Assembly (NCBI GenBank): GCA_963707635.1
Contig: OY970173.1
Coordinates: forward strand, 2,144,001 to 2,208,000
From: Candidatus Latescibacterota bacterium
GTDB taxonomy: Bacteria > Krumholzibacteriota > Krumholzibacteriia > WVZY01 > JAKEHA01
Length of the DNA: 64,000 nt
Reading direction: 5' to 3'
A program made the position numbers and the translations under genes. Each line of letters opens with the position of its first letter. Within the stretch, counting starts at the first letter, position 1. The notes under the pieces are model-generated. The model saw only the letters and a program-made list of their open reading frames with translations, was not told the DNA's origin and ran no database searches. Of the stretch, positions 51,229 to 61,475 are shown piece by piece.

Positions 51229-52296
51229 TCAATTGGCCGCGCGCGTGAGGGCGTCGCGAATGTAGGCGGCGCGCGCGACGTCCCGTTCCTGCGGATCCAG
51301 CGCGGTTCCCTGTCGCATCTGCAAGTGGGCCGGTTGGATGTAAACCAGAAGCTCGTTGAGCGTTCGCACCGGCACGTCCTTCACCAGCCCGGCCCCCACC
51401 CCCAGCCGCACCGCCGAGATCAGGCTCAACGCTTCCTTGGTGTTCACACTTCGAGAATAACGAAGAAGGCCATAGGCCCGCCAGACTTTATCCTCGAGCA
51501 AGGTCTGTGCCTTGCGAAACAGCATCTCGCGGGCGCGGCGCTCGTACGCGATCACCTTCAACACCATTTCCCGCAAGTTCTTAACGATGACGTCTTCGGG
51601 TGTCCCCAGCGCCGAGCTGTTGGACAGCTGAAAGAAGTTCCCCATCGTGTCGGAACCCTCCCCGTACAGCCCCCGGATCGAATGGTTGAGTTTGCGCAGC
51701 GATTCCAGCAGTTTGTGGATTTCCTTGCTGTGCACCAGCCCGGGGAGGTGGATCAGGACCGAGACCCGCATGCCCGTGCCCAGGTTGGTCGGGCACGCGG
51801 TCAGGAACCCAAGGCGCTGATGGTACGCCAGTTCCAGCTCCGGGGCGATCTGGTCGTCGAGGTCGTTGGCGCGGCGGAAGGCGGTGCCCAGATCGAATCC
51901 GGAGGCAAAGCCCTGGATGCGCAGGTGGTCTTCCTCGTTGATCATCAGCCCCACGCTCTCGTCGGGCGTGAACACCAGCCCGCGGCTGACCGAATTGAAC
52001 AGAAAATCTCGGCTCACTAGGTGGCGTTCGGCCAGGAGCTGGCGATCCTGGCTCGAGATTTCGCCCATCGCGGCGACCCGGCTTTGCGCAAAGACCCGGG
52101 TCCGGAGCGCACCGTCCAGGGACTTGCGCATGATGGCTCCGAGTTCCGCGTTGTCGCAGTGATGGGTGAATCGGTGCCCGCTCAGGTTGCGCGCGATGCG
52201 CGCCCGGCTCGACAGCACGATTTCGTTCTCCTCGCCGCTTCCCTCCATCCACGCCCCGGGATGCCCGACCAGCTCGTTCGCGTCGAAGGCGTTCAT
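51229..52296 (-). CDS. mcsB: Protein arginine kinase
   Basis: SSRARIARN, ERHLVS, MINEEDHLRIQ, CPTNLGTG, IRGLYGEG, FQLSN, QPAHLQ. Confidence 0.95.
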   Translation of the reverse strand: MNAFDANELVGHPGAWMEGSGEENEIVLSSRARIARNLSGHRFTHHCDNAELGAIMRKSLDGALRTRVFAQSRVAAMGEISSQDRQLLAERHLVSRDFLFNSVSRGLVFTPDESVGLMINEEDHLRIQGFASGFDLGTAFRRANDLDDQIAPELELAYHQRLGFLTACPTNLGTGMRVSVLIHLPGLVHSKEIHKLLESLRKLNHSIRGLYGEGSDTMGNFFQLSNSSALGTPEDVIVKNLREMVLKVIAYERRAREMLFRKAQTLLEDKVWRAYGLLRYSRSVNTKEALSLISAVRLGVGAGLVKDVPVRTLNELLVYIQPAHLQMRQGTALDPQERDVARAAYIRDALTRAAN

Positions 52297-52808
52297 GAGC
52301 CCTCCTCGACCTGCGCCTCGAGCCCGCGGATTTCATCGCGGATAGCCGCCGCGCGTTCGTAGTCTTCCGCCCGGATCGCCAGCGAGAGGTCCTCCCGCAG
52401 CGCCGCCATCCGATCGCGCAGTGCGGCGCGCTCGCTGTGCGCGGCCGCCTTCTTGCCCTCGTGCTGCGTGCTGCCGTGGACGTGCCGGAGCACCGGCACC
52501 AGTTGCGCCTCGAAGGCGTCGTAGCACTGCGGGCAGCCGAGCCGTCCGATCTTCTTGAAATCGGAATATTCGTAACCGCACCCGGCGCAACGGACCTTGG
52601 TGATACGCTCCGCTTCCGAATCGACCGCCGTGTCGATCAGCCCCGCCACCAGGTCCCCGAGCCCGTAATTCCCGGTCTTGTGCACGTCGATGCCCCGCTC
52701 CTCGGCACATTCGACACACAGGTTCATCGCGACCATGCTCTGGTTCACGATCTCGGTGTAGTGCACCTTCGCGGGGCGCTGCTTGCATACCTGGCAGAGC
52801 ATCGACAT
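52293..52808 (-). CDS. mcsA: McsA arginine-kinase activator (UvrB/UvrC motif)
   Basis: Four CxxC motifs (CQVC, CVEC, CAGC, CPQC) and EDYERAAAIRDEI. Confidence 0.93.
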   Translation of the reverse strand: MSMLCQVCKQRPAKVHYTEIVNQSMVAMNLCVECAEERGIDVHKTGNYGLGDLVAGLIDTAVDSEAERITKVRCAGCGYEYSDFKKIGRLGCPQCYDAFEAQLVPVLRHVHGSTQHEGKKAAAHSERAALRDRMAALREDLSLAIRAEDYERAAAIRDEIRGLEAQVEEGS

Positions 52809-52809
52809 G

Positions 52810-53499
52810 TTACGACTCCAGTTCGACCAGCTTGCGATCGGTGAGCAACATCGTCCGGTCCGCGAACTCCGCGAAGCGCCGCTTGTGCGTGACGACCACG
52901 AACGTGCGCTTCTCGTCGGTGGCGAGCCCCCGGATCAGGCGAAAAATCCCCTCTCCGGTTTCGTCGTCGAGATTTCCCGTCGGTTCGTCGGCGAACACGA
53001 CCGCGGGCTCGTTGACGAGGGCCCGCGCAATGGCGACGCGCTGCTGCTCGCCGCCGGAGAGTTCTCCGGGGCGGTGCGTGAGGCGCGCGCCCAGCCCCAC
53101 ACGATCCAGCCACAGACGCGCGCCCGCCTCGGCGCGTTCCGGGGCGCGTCGCGCGATCATCCCCGGCATCATCACGTTCTCCAGCGCGGTGAACTCGGGC
53201 AGCAGGAAATGAAACTGAAACACGAAGCCCATGGTTTCGCCCCGCAGCCGGTTCAACGCCCGGCCCGAGAGCCGGTGCACATCCTCGCCCCGGAGACGCA
53301 CGGTGCCTACGTCGGGGCGGTCCAGCGAACCGAGGATATGGAGCAGCGTGCTCTTGCCGACCCCCGATGCCCCGATGATGCAAACCACTTGCCCTTCCGA
53401 CACCTCCAGGGCCACATCGCGTAGGACCTCGATTTCCGCCCCCGTGCCCCGAAACGTCCGGCCGACCCCCTGCGCGTCCAGGACCACGCCGCCGCTCAT
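52810..53499 (-). CDS. lolD: Lipoprotein-releasing ABC ATP-binding protein
   Basis: GASGVGKSTLL, GFVFQFHFLLPEF, LSGGEQQR, ADEPTGNLD; follows lolC/E. Confidence 0.88.
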   Translation of the reverse strand: MSGGVVLDAQGVGRTFRGTGAEIEVLRDVALEVSEGQVVCIIGASGVGKSTLLHILGSLDRPDVGTVRLRGEDVHRLSGRALNRLRGETMGFVFQFHFLLPEFTALENVMMPGMIARRAPERAEAGARLWLDRVGLGARLTHRPGELSGGEQQRVAIARALVNEPAVVFADEPTGNLDDETGEGIFRLIRGLATDEKRTFVVVTHKRRFAEFADRTMLLTDRKLVELES

Positions 53500-53568
53500 A
53501 ATCTAACCGGTTTGCACCGGCGGCACAAACTGCCGGGGCCAAAACGCAACGGGCCATGAAATAATGTG

Positions 53569-54825
53569 TTACAGGTCACGAATCGCCTCCACCGGCGTCA
53601 GGCGACTGGCTTCCCAGCTCGGGTAGACCGTCGCCAGGAAACAGATGGCCACCGAGATCAGCCCGATGGCCGCCAGGTCGTCCCACTGCACCAGGACGGG
53701 CAGGGTCTTGATAAAATAGACGTCCCCGGGAAGGTCCAGGCGCACCCGGTCCAGCACGGCACATGCAATTAGCCCGGTTGCCAGCCCCCCGAGCGTCCCC
53801 AGCACGCCGATGGCGGTGCCCTCCAGCATGAAGATGGACATCACGCCCCGTCCCGAGGCCCCCATCGAGCGCAGGATGCCGATCTCGCGCCGCTTCTCCA
53901 TGATCACCATCGTGAGCATGCCCACCAGGTTGAATGCGGCCACCAGGATGATCAGGGTCAGCATCAGGAACATGAGGATCTTTTCGATCTTCATGTAGCT
54001 GAACAAATTCTGATTCAAATGGATCCAGTTGTTGGTGCCGTAGTCGCGCGGGTTCAGGATCTCCTGCACGCGCGTGTCCATCGCCTCCGCCTGGTAGAGG
54101 TCGTCGATCATGATGCTCTCGCCGCGAAGACCGGTCTCGAAATCGAACATCCGCTCCGCATCCCGGATGTCCACGTACACGAAGCGCGAGTCGAATTCGT
54201 ACATGCCGCTGTTGAAGAACGCCAGCACGCGGCACTTGAACTTCTGCGGGTCCACGTCCGCGCCCCGCACCGTGCTCGGCGCGGTGACGATGGTCATTTC
54301 CTCCCCCAGCCCCACCCCCAGGTCGAGCGCGAGGTCCAGGCCCAGGACCGCGCCGATGGTGGGCGGGTCGTCCTGGAACGAGGAGGTGTCGAACGAATCG
54401 ATCGCCGGCCGGATGCTGTCGATCACGGATGAAACCATTCGTTCGCGCGCGAGCTCGACCCCCTTGACCATGACCCCGCGCAGCTTGGTGCGCCGGCCGG
54501 GAATCACTTCGTAGGCCGCGAGCGCCTCCGAGCGCACGAACGGCGCGGTGGCGCGAATTTTCGGCTCGCGCTGGAGCCGGGCCACCGCGGTGTCGGCGCT
54601 CGCCCACGCCTCCGGGGTCCGGGCGAACGCCAGCACGTGGGTGTTGAACCCGACGATGCGCTGGCGCAGCTCGGTCTCGAAGCCGTTGATCACCGACAGC
54701 ACGATCACCAGCGTCATCGTTCCTACGAAGACGCCGCCGACCGCGATCGAGGTGATCCGCGAGACCAGCGCGGATCGTTTCTTGGTTTGCAGGTAGCGGC
54801 GCGCGATGAACAGGGTGTAGTTCAT
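53569..54825 (-). CDS. lolE: Lipoprotein-releasing ABC permease LolC/E
   Basis: FIARRYL, VLSVINGFE, VAAFN, EKRREIGILRSMGA, YPSWEAS..PVEAIR. Confidence 0.88.
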   Translation of the reverse strand: MNYTLFIARRYLQTKKRSALVSRITSIAVGGVFVGTMTLVIVLSVINGFETELRQRIVGFNTHVLAFARTPEAWASADTAVARLQREPKIRATAPFVRSEALAAYEVIPGRRTKLRGVMVKGVELARERMVSSVIDSIRPAIDSFDTSSFQDDPPTIGAVLGLDLALDLGVGLGEEMTIVTAPSTVRGADVDPQKFKCRVLAFFNSGMYEFDSRFVYVDIRDAERMFDFETGLRGESIMIDDLYQAEAMDTRVQEILNPRDYGTNNWIHLNQNLFSYMKIEKILMFLMLTLIILVAAFNLVGMLTMVIMEKRREIGILRSMGASGRGVMSIFMLEGTAIGVLGTLGGLATGLIACAVLDRVRLDLPGDVYFIKTLPVLVQWDDLAAIGLISVAICFLATVYPSWEASRLTPVEAIRDL

Positions 54826-56309
54826 CGGCCGTCCTCGGGGCGCATGTGCGGAAAGAAGATCACGTCGCGGATCGAGTGGCTGTCCGTGAAGATCATGGTC
54901 AGACGGTCGATGCCGACGCCGAGCCCGGCCGCGGGCGGCATGCCGTACTCGAGCGCGCGCAGGTAGTCCTCGTCGAGGGGCTGCGCCTCGTCGTCGCCGC
55001 GCGCGCGCAGCTCCGCCTGCTGGTCGAAACGGCGCCGCTGCTCGAGCGGGTCGTTGAGCTCCGAAAACGCGTTACAGATCTCGAAACCGGCGACGTACCC
55101 CTCGAAGCGCTCGACCAGCCCCGCCTCCTCGCGGTGGTCCTTGGCCAGCGGGGAGAGCTCCTTCGGGTAGTCGTACACGAACGTCGGCTGCTGGAGGTCC
55201 GGCTCGACTTTGGCGCCGAAGATCTCGTTGATCACCGCGCCGGCGGGCGCGCCCGCCTCCACCGGCACTCCCAGTCGGCGGGCGATCGCGTGCAGCGCGT
55301 CCGGCGACTTTCCGCGCAGGTCCTCTCCCGTGCGCTCCGCGATGGCGTCGAAATAACGAACCCGCTTCCACGGCCGGTTGAAATCCAGCGCGTGGCCGCC
55401 GTAGCTGACGGCGCCGTCGGCGGTGATGGCGAGCGCGACCGCCCGCATCATTTCCTCGACCATGTCCATGCAATCCATGTAGTCGAGATACGCGGCGTAG
55501 CATTCCATCATCGTGAATTCGGGGTTGTGCGACCGGTCGATGCCCTCGTTGCGAAAATCCTTCGCGAACTCGAAGACGCGCTCGAATCCGCCGACGAGCA
55601 GACGCTTGAGGTAGAGCTCGTTGGCGATGCGCAGGTAGAGCGTCATGCCCAGCGCGTTGTGGTGGGTGGTGAACGGGCGCGCGGTGGCGCCGCCGTAGAG
55701 CGGCTGCAGCACCGGCGTCTCCACCTCGACGAAGCCCCTTGCGATCAGAAACTGCCGCATCGTCTCCACCAGCCGGGAGCGCTTGCGGAACACCTCGCGG
55801 ACGTCCGGGTTCATGATCAGGTCGACGTAGCGCTGGCGGTAACGAAGCTCCTTGTCGGTGAGCCCGTGCCACTTGTCGGGCAGCGGGCGCAGCGTCTTCG
55901 CGAGCATCGCGATGGACGCCACCTTGACGGTGAGTTCGTTGGTCTTGGTGCGAAACACGGCGCCTTCGATGCCGACGACGTCGCCGAGCTCGATGAGCTC
56001 GAAGCGCGCGAACGCCTCCGGCGCGAGGTCCTCGCGCCGCACGTAGAACTGCACGCGCCCCGACGCGTCCTCCACGTGGCCGAAGGCGGTCTTGCCGTGG
56101 CCGCGCAGCGACATGACGCGACCGGCCACGCGCACGACGGTGTTGGCCGCGGTCAGCGCCGCCTCCCCGCGGATCACCGCGTCCACCGCGTGCGTCACCG
56201 GGTAGCGATACGGATACGGGTTCGCCCCGAGCGCCCGCAGCGCGTTCATTTTCTCGATGCGCTCCGCGCGCAGCTTCTCGAACCCGTGAACTTCTCGTTC
56301 TTCCGCCAT
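54822..56309 (-). CDS. lysS: Lysine--tRNA ligase (class II)
   Basis: YRQRYVDL, GGATARPFTTHHN, LRIANELYLKRL, FRNEG, HNPEF, YGMPP, GIDRL. Confidence 0.97.
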   Translation of the reverse strand: MAEEREVHGFEKLRAERIEKMNALRALGANPYPYRYPVTHAVDAVIRGEAALTAANTVVRVAGRVMSLRGHGKTAFGHVEDASGRVQFYVRREDLAPEAFARFELIELGDVVGIEGAVFRTKTNELTVKVASIAMLAKTLRPLPDKWHGLTDKELRYRQRYVDLIMNPDVREVFRKRSRLVETMRQFLIARGFVEVETPVLQPLYGGATARPFTTHHNALGMTLYLRIANELYLKRLLVGGFERVFEFAKDFRNEGIDRSHNPEFTMMECYAAYLDYMDCMDMVEEMMRAVALAITADGAVSYGGHALDFNRPWKRVRYFDAIAERTGEDLRGKSPDALHAIARRLGVPVEAGAPAGAVINEIFGAKVEPDLQQPTFVYDYPKELSPLAKDHREEAGLVERFEGYVAGFEICNAFSELNDPLEQRRRFDQQAELRARGDDEAQPLDEDYLRALEYGMPPAAGLGVGIDRLTMIFTDSHSIRDVIFFPHMRPEDGR

Positions 56310-56331
56310 GTCTCCTCGTCCCTTCCCGGCG

Positions 56332-57436
56332 CTATCCGGCCAGCCGGTGCAGGTACGCCTCGATCGCCTCGTCGATGTCGCCGTCCAGAACCGCGTGCAC
56401 GTCGCTGGTCTGCCAGTCGGTGCGATGGTCCTTCACCATCGTGTACGGGTGCAAGACGTAGGACCGAATCTGGCTTCCCCACGCGATCTCTTTCTGCCCC
56501 TCCATCATCTTGTCCATGCGCGCGCGTTCCTCCTCGCGCTTGAGCGCGTACAGCCGCGCCCGGAGGATCTTCATGGCGTTGTCCCGGTTGCGGTGCTGGG
56601 AACGCTCGTTCTGTGACTGCACCACGATCCCGCTGGGCAGGTGCGTGATGCGCACCGCGCTGTCGGTCTTGTTGACGTGCTGGCCGCCCGCGCTGCTGGC
56701 CCGATACGTGTCCACGCGCAGGTCGTCGTCGCGAATCTCGACTTCGACGTCCGCCTCGGTCTCGGGGTAGACGAACACCGACGCGAACGACGTGTGCCGC
56801 CGGTGGGCCGCGTCGTACGGCGAGAGGCGCACCAGCCGGTGGACCCCGCTCTCGGCCTTCAGGCGCCCGTAGGCGAAGTCACCCTTCACTTCGAGCGACG
56901 CCCCCTTGATGCCCGCCTCGTCCCCCGGCGACATGTCCAGCATGGCCACCGCGAACCCGTGACGCTCGCAGAAGCGCGTGTACATGCGCAGGAGCATCTC
57001 GGCCCAGTCCATGGATTCCGTGCCCCCCGCCCCGGAGTGGATGGTCAGGATCGCGTTGCGCTCGTCGTCGGGTTGCGACAGGAGCGTCGCCGTTTCCTGT
57101 TCCGCCACCACCCCCTCGATCGCCTCCAGGTCGCGGGCCACGTCGGCGAGCACCGAGGCGTCGTCCTCCTCCCGCGCCAGCACCAGCAGGCCTTCGGCGT
57201 CGGCGAGGCGGGTCTCCAGGCTTCGAACCGGCTCCAGCCGCGCGCGCAACGCCTTCGCTTCGCGCATCGCGTCGTCGGACTGCTTCTTGTCGGACCAGAA
57301 TTCGGGGTCGTTCATGCGCTCGGTCAGTGCGACCAGGCGCGCATCCAGGGCGGGAGCGTCAAAGACACTCCTTGAGTTTGCGGGTGCGATCCTTGAGGGC
57401 GTTCAAATGTTCCTGCACTTCGTGTACGGCTTTCAT
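56332..57436 (-). CDS. prfB: Peptide chain release factor 2, with a programmed +1 frameshift
   Basis: MKAVHEV...KECL-TGA continues in the +1 frame as DAPALDARL...MNDPEFW; SPY (RF2 SPF-type) and GGQ motifs. Confidence 0.95.
57358..57373 (-). promoter_or_regulatory. prfB +1 frameshift cassette
   Basis: AAGGAG-TGT-CTT-TGA-C: internal SD, slippery CTT and a UGA stop. Confidence 0.92.
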
Positions 57437-58041
57437 GGTTCGGACTCCGATTCGAGAGCGGCAGCTACCAGCGTATCCACGTCGGCGAGCACGGCGTTCA
57501 ACTCGCGCCCAGTATCGATGACGGCATCCGCTTTGTAAAAGTGTTTTTCCATCCCGTCCTGCGCGTCGAGGCGCGAGTGGATCTCCGCCTCCGTCCACCC
57601 GCCCTTCGCCATGAGGCGCGCTCGCCGTATCTCCCGGTCGCAGCGCAGCGCCAGCGTCAGGTCGAGGGCGAACGGCATCTCCACCTCGAGGAGGAGCGCG
57701 GCGTCGACCACGACGACCCGCCCCGGACCCGGGCGCGCCTCGGCGACGGCCGACGCGCAGCGCTGGATCACCTCCGGGTGGACGATCTCGTTGAGCGCGG
57801 CGCGCGAGCCGGCGTCGGTGAACACGCGCGCGCCCAGGCGATGACGATTCACCTGTCCGTCGGTGTCGACCATGTCCGGCCCGAAGCGTTCGAAGATGCG
57901 CCGCATCACCGGCGGGTCCTGGAGCACGGCGTGGGCGATCCGATCCGCGTCGATGTGCGTGCCGCCGAAGCGGCGCACGACGTGCGCGCCGATCGTCGAC
58001 TTTCCCGTCCCGGATCCGCCCGCGATTCCGACCGTCAGCAT
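57433..58041 (-). CDS. coaE: Dephospho-CoA kinase
   Basis: GIAGGSGTGKST, IDADRIAH, LNEIVHP, DAALLLE. Confidence 0.93.
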   Translation of the reverse strand: MLTVGIAGGSGTGKSTIGAHVVRRFGGTHIDADRIAHAVLQDPPVMRRIFERFGPDMVDTDGQVNRHRLGARVFTDAGSRAALNEIVHPEVIQRCASAVAEARPGPGRVVVVDAALLLEVEMPFALDLTLALRCDREIRRARLMAKGGWTEAEIHSRLDAQDGMEKHFYKADAVIDTGRELNAVLADVDTLVAAALESESEP

Positions 58042-58057
58042 GCCCCCTCCCTCCGCA

Positions 58058-60859
58058 TCAATGCGCCTCGAGCCAGTTCGGTCCCGTCCCCATGTCGACC
58101 TTGAGCGGCACGTCGAGCGCGAGGGCGCCTTCCATACACTCGCGTACCAGGTCCTGCATCTCCGCGAGCTCCTGCCGGGGCACGTCGAACAGGAGCTCGT
58201 CGTGCACCTGCAGGATCATGCGCGCCTCCAGGCCGCGCCGGTCGAGCTCGCGGGCGACCCGCAGCATCGCAAGCTTGATGATGTCGGCGGCCGTGCCCTG
58301 GACAGGCGTGTTCACCGCCACCCGTTCCGAAAAGGCGCGCGCGCTCGGGTTCGCGCTGTCGATGTCGGGAAGCCGGCGCACGCGGCCAAGCAGGGTTCCC
58401 ACCACGCGGTCGCGCCGCGCCCGCTCGATGGTCTCGTCGATGAAGCGCTTGACCCCGGGGTACGACCTGAAGTAGTCGGCGATGAACTGCTTCGCTTCCT
58501 CCGTGCTGATGTCCAGCGACTGGGCGAGCCCGCGCGCCCCCATGCCGTAGACGATGCCGAAGTTTACCACTTTCGCGCGCGAGCGCATCTCCGTCGTGAC
58601 CTTCTCGGGCGCCACACCCATGACCCTGGCCGCGGTGGTGCGATGCACGTCGTCGCCGGCGCGAAAGGCGGCTTGCAGCCCTTCGTCTCCGGATAGATGG
58701 GCCAGGATCCGGAGTTCGATCTGCGAATAGTCCGCGTCCAGCAGCACCCAACCCGGAGCCCGCGCCACGAAGGCTTTCCGGATTTCCCGGCCCTCCGCCG
58801 TTCGAATCGGGATGTTCTGCAGGTTGGGGTCTGAACTCGACAGGCGCCCGGTCGTGGCCACGGCCTGGTTGTAGGACGTGTGGACGCGGCCGGTCTCCGG
58901 GTGCACGAGACGCGGGAGCGCGTCGACGTAGGTGCCCTTGAGCTTCACGAGCTGGCGCCATTCGAGCAGCATCTCCACCACCGGGTGCTGCCCGTGCAGC
59001 GACTCGAGCACGTCGGCGTCGGTCGAGAAGCCGGTCTTCGTCCGCCGCGCCGGCTGCAGGCGCAGGCGTTCGAACAGCACCTCGCGCAGCTTCGGCGTCG
59101 AGCTCAGGTTGAAGCGTTCGCCGACCGCGGCGTAGATGGACTCCTCCAGCACGCCGATGCGCCCCGCGTAGCCCCGCGCGAGCTCGTCGAGGAACGCGAC
59201 GTCAACCCGCACCCCGGTCATTTCCATCCGGCCCAGCACCTGCGACAGGGGCATCTCCACGTCGTGGAAAAGCGCGCGCACCGGGGACGCCTCGAGCATC
59301 GGAGCGAAGCACTCGAAGAGCCGCAGCGTGTAGTCCGCGTCCTCGCAGGCGTACTCGACCACGCGCGCCAGCGGAACCCGGCGGATGTCCTTTTCCTTCA
59401 CGCGGCGGTCGAAGAGCGACTCGAACGTGATCATCTCGTGCCCGCAATAGTCGCGCGCCAGCGCGTCCAGGCCGTGGCTGCGCCGCACCGGGTCGAGGCA
59501 GTACGACGCCAGCATGGTGTCGAATCCGATGCCGCGTAGCGGCAACCCGGCCCGTTCCAGCACGACGGCGTCATACTTGATGTGCTGGCCGATCTTGCGC
59601 GGGTGTTCGCTCCCGAGGACGGGCCCCAGGCGCGCACGCACGTCGTCCAGCGCCAGTCCGGGGGCGCGCGCACTCGGCAGCAGGCCGAGCGAGCCGTCCT
59701 CGAGCTCGCTCGCTACCGGCACGTACCATGCCTCGCCGGGCGCGATCGCCACTGACACGCCGGCGAGTACGGCCCGCATCGGGTCGACGCCGGAGGTCTC
59801 GGTGTCGACGGCGATCTCGGCGCACGCCGCCAGCCGGGCGGCGAGCGCGTCGAGCTCCGCGCGCGTATCCACGCAGCGGTAATCTACCCGCACCGCCGCT
59901 TCCGCCGCCGAGGGCGCGCGCGGCGGCGGTCCGGCCGCACCCCCGGCCGGCGGCGCACTCGACGAGGCGCGCACCGCCGCGGCCGGGCCACCCCCGCGGT
60001 CGCCGAACACCTGATCGCGCATGCGCTTGAACTCCAGGTCGGAAAGCAGCGCCTCGAATTCGGGGGTGCGAATATCCGGGAGCGCCAGCGCCTCGAGCTC
60101 GATCGAAAGCGGTACGTCGTCGCGCAGACGCACGAGTTCGCGCGCGCGAAACGCCTCGTCGCGCCCCTCGAGGAGCCGACGGCGCACGCCGGCTTTCTCG
60201 ACCTCGTCGAGTCGCTGGTAGATCGTGTCGAGTGAGCCGAAGCGGTGCAGGAGCTCCTGCGCCGTCTTCTCGCCGATGCCGCGCACGCCGGGAACGTTGT
60301 CGCTCGCGTCGCCCACCAGCGCCAGATAGTCGACGAACTGTTCCGCCCGCAGCCCGGTCTGCCGAACCAGCTCCGCCGGGTCGAGCTCGTTTTCCAGCAC
60401 GGCTCCCTTGCCCGGCCGGATCACGTGCACGCGTTCGTCGACCAGCTGGAGGAGGTCCTTGTCTCCCGACACGACCTGCACCCGCACGCGCTGCCGCCAG
60501 CGTTTCGCCAGGGTCGCGATGATGTCGTCCGCCTCGAAGCCGGGCGCCTCCAGGCGCGCGATCCGCATGGCATCCAGCGCCGCGAACATGACCGGGAGCT
60601 GGCGGAGCAATCCCTCCGGTGTCTGCGGGCGCTGCGCCTTGTACGCGTCGAATTGCTCGTGGCGGAACGTCCGTTCCCGGCTATCAAAGGCGACCGCGAG
60701 GTAGCCCGGTGCCTGTTTGTTGAGCAGGGAAAGCAGCGTGTTGACGAATCCGTACACCGCCCCCGTTTCTTCGCCGCGCGAGTTGCGCAGCGGCGCGCCG
60801 GCGAACGCGAAATACGACCGGTAGGCCAGCGCGTGTCCGTCGACCAGCACCAGGTTCAC
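58058..60859 (-). CDS. polA: DNA polymerase I
   Basis: VDGHALAYR, FEADD, SGDKD, DTET (3'-5' exonuclease), TGRLSS, DYSQIELR, NFGIVYG, QVHDE. Confidence 0.97.
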   Translation of the reverse strand: MNLVLVDGHALAYRSYFAFAGAPLRNSRGEETGAVYGFVNTLLSLLNKQAPGYLAVAFDSRERTFRHEQFDAYKAQRPQTPEGLLRQLPVMFAALDAMRIARLEAPGFEADDIIATLAKRWRQRVRVQVVSGDKDLLQLVDERVHVIRPGKGAVLENELDPAELVRQTGLRAEQFVDYLALVGDASDNVPGVRGIGEKTAQELLHRFGSLDTIYQRLDEVEKAGVRRRLLEGRDEAFRARELVRLRDDVPLSIELEALALPDIRTPEFEALLSDLEFKRMRDQVFGDRGGGPAAAVRASSSAPPAGGAAGPPPRAPSAAEAAVRVDYRCVDTRAELDALAARLAACAEIAVDTETSGVDPMRAVLAGVSVAIAPGEAWYVPVASELEDGSLGLLPSARAPGLALDDVRARLGPVLGSEHPRKIGQHIKYDAVVLERAGLPLRGIGFDTMLASYCLDPVRRSHGLDALARDYCGHEMITFESLFDRRVKEKDIRRVPLARVVEYACEDADYTLRLFECFAPMLEASPVRALFHDVEMPLSQVLGRMEMTGVRVDVAFLDELARGYAGRIGVLEESIYAAVGERFNLSSTPKLREVLFERLRLQPARRTKTGFSTDADVLESLHGQHPVVEMLLEWRQLVKLKGTYVDALPRLVHPETGRVHTSYNQAVATTGRLSSSDPNLQNIPIRTAEGREIRKAFVARAPGWVLLDADYSQIELRILAHLSGDEGLQAAFRAGDDVHRTTAARVMGVAPEKVTTEMRSRAKVVNFGIVYGMGARGLAQSLDISTEEAKQFIADYFRSYPGVKRFIDETIERARRDRVVGTLLGRVRRLPDIDSANPSARAFSERVAVNTPVQGTAADIIKLAMLRVARELDRRGLEARMILQVHDELLFDVPRQELAEMQDLVRECMEGALALDVPLKVDMGTGPNWLEAH

Positions 60860-60869
60860 GGCGCCTCCT

Positions 60870-61475
60870 CTACGCGTCCGCGTACAGTCCGTGACGGGCG
60901 ATGTAGGACGCCACCGCGGGGGCGACCACGCCTCCGGGCAGCCCTCCCCGTGCGGCCAGCTGTCGAATCTCGGTCGATGACACGTCGATCACCGGCTCTT
61001 CGAACACGACGATCGACGCGTCGCCTCCAACCGGGAGCGTCATCGCAGCGTTTCCGCGCGGGAACACGACCAGCGTGCACAGCTGCAAGATCTCTTCCGG
61101 GTCTTTCCAGGTGGCGAATTCGAGCAGGCTGTCTGCCCCGATGATGAAGTAGAGATCGGCCGCGGTGAGCGCCCGGCACGCGCGCAAGAGGTCGATAGTA
61201 TAGGACGGGTCGTGGGATTCCTCCACCCGGGTGACGGCGGCGCCGTCGAGTCCCGCCACCGCGAGGTCCAGCATGGCCGCGCGGTGCGGGTACGCGGTCG
61301 CCGCGGCGCCCCGCTTGTGGGGCGGGTTGACGGCGGCCGAGAACACCACCCGCTCGAGACCGAGTGTTTCCCGCGCCGCTTCCGCCATGCGCGTGTGGCC
61401 CAGGTGCGGCGGATCGAACGTCCCGCCCAGTATCCCGACCCGGTGTCCGCTCCAGATTGCCGATTCGGAAGTCAT
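60870..61475 (-). CDS. nadD: Nicotinate-nucleotide adenylyltransferase
   Basis: GGTFDPPHLGH, PPHK, SYTID, IIGAD, SSTEIR, YIARHGLY. Confidence 0.93.
   Translation of the reverse strand: MTSESAIWSGHRVGILGGTFDPPHLGHTRMAEAARETLGLERVVFSAAVNPPHKRGAAATAYPHRAAMLDLAVAGLDGAAVTRVEESHDPSYTIDLLRACRALTAADLYFIIGADSLLEFATWKDPEEILQLCTLVVFPRGNAAMTLPVGGDASIVVFEEPVIDVSSTEIRQLAARGGLPGGVVAPAVASYIARHGLYADA

Noticed and set aside
48753..51248. 831-aa plus-strand ORF antisense to clpC, and many similar Arg/Ala/Pro-rich ORFs
   Set aside because: Antisense shadow of a well-supported gene.
59880..60010. Gly/Ala/Pro-rich insertion in PolA
   Set aside because: Ordinary variable linker between the 5'-3' and 3'-5' exonuclease domains; no intein motifs.
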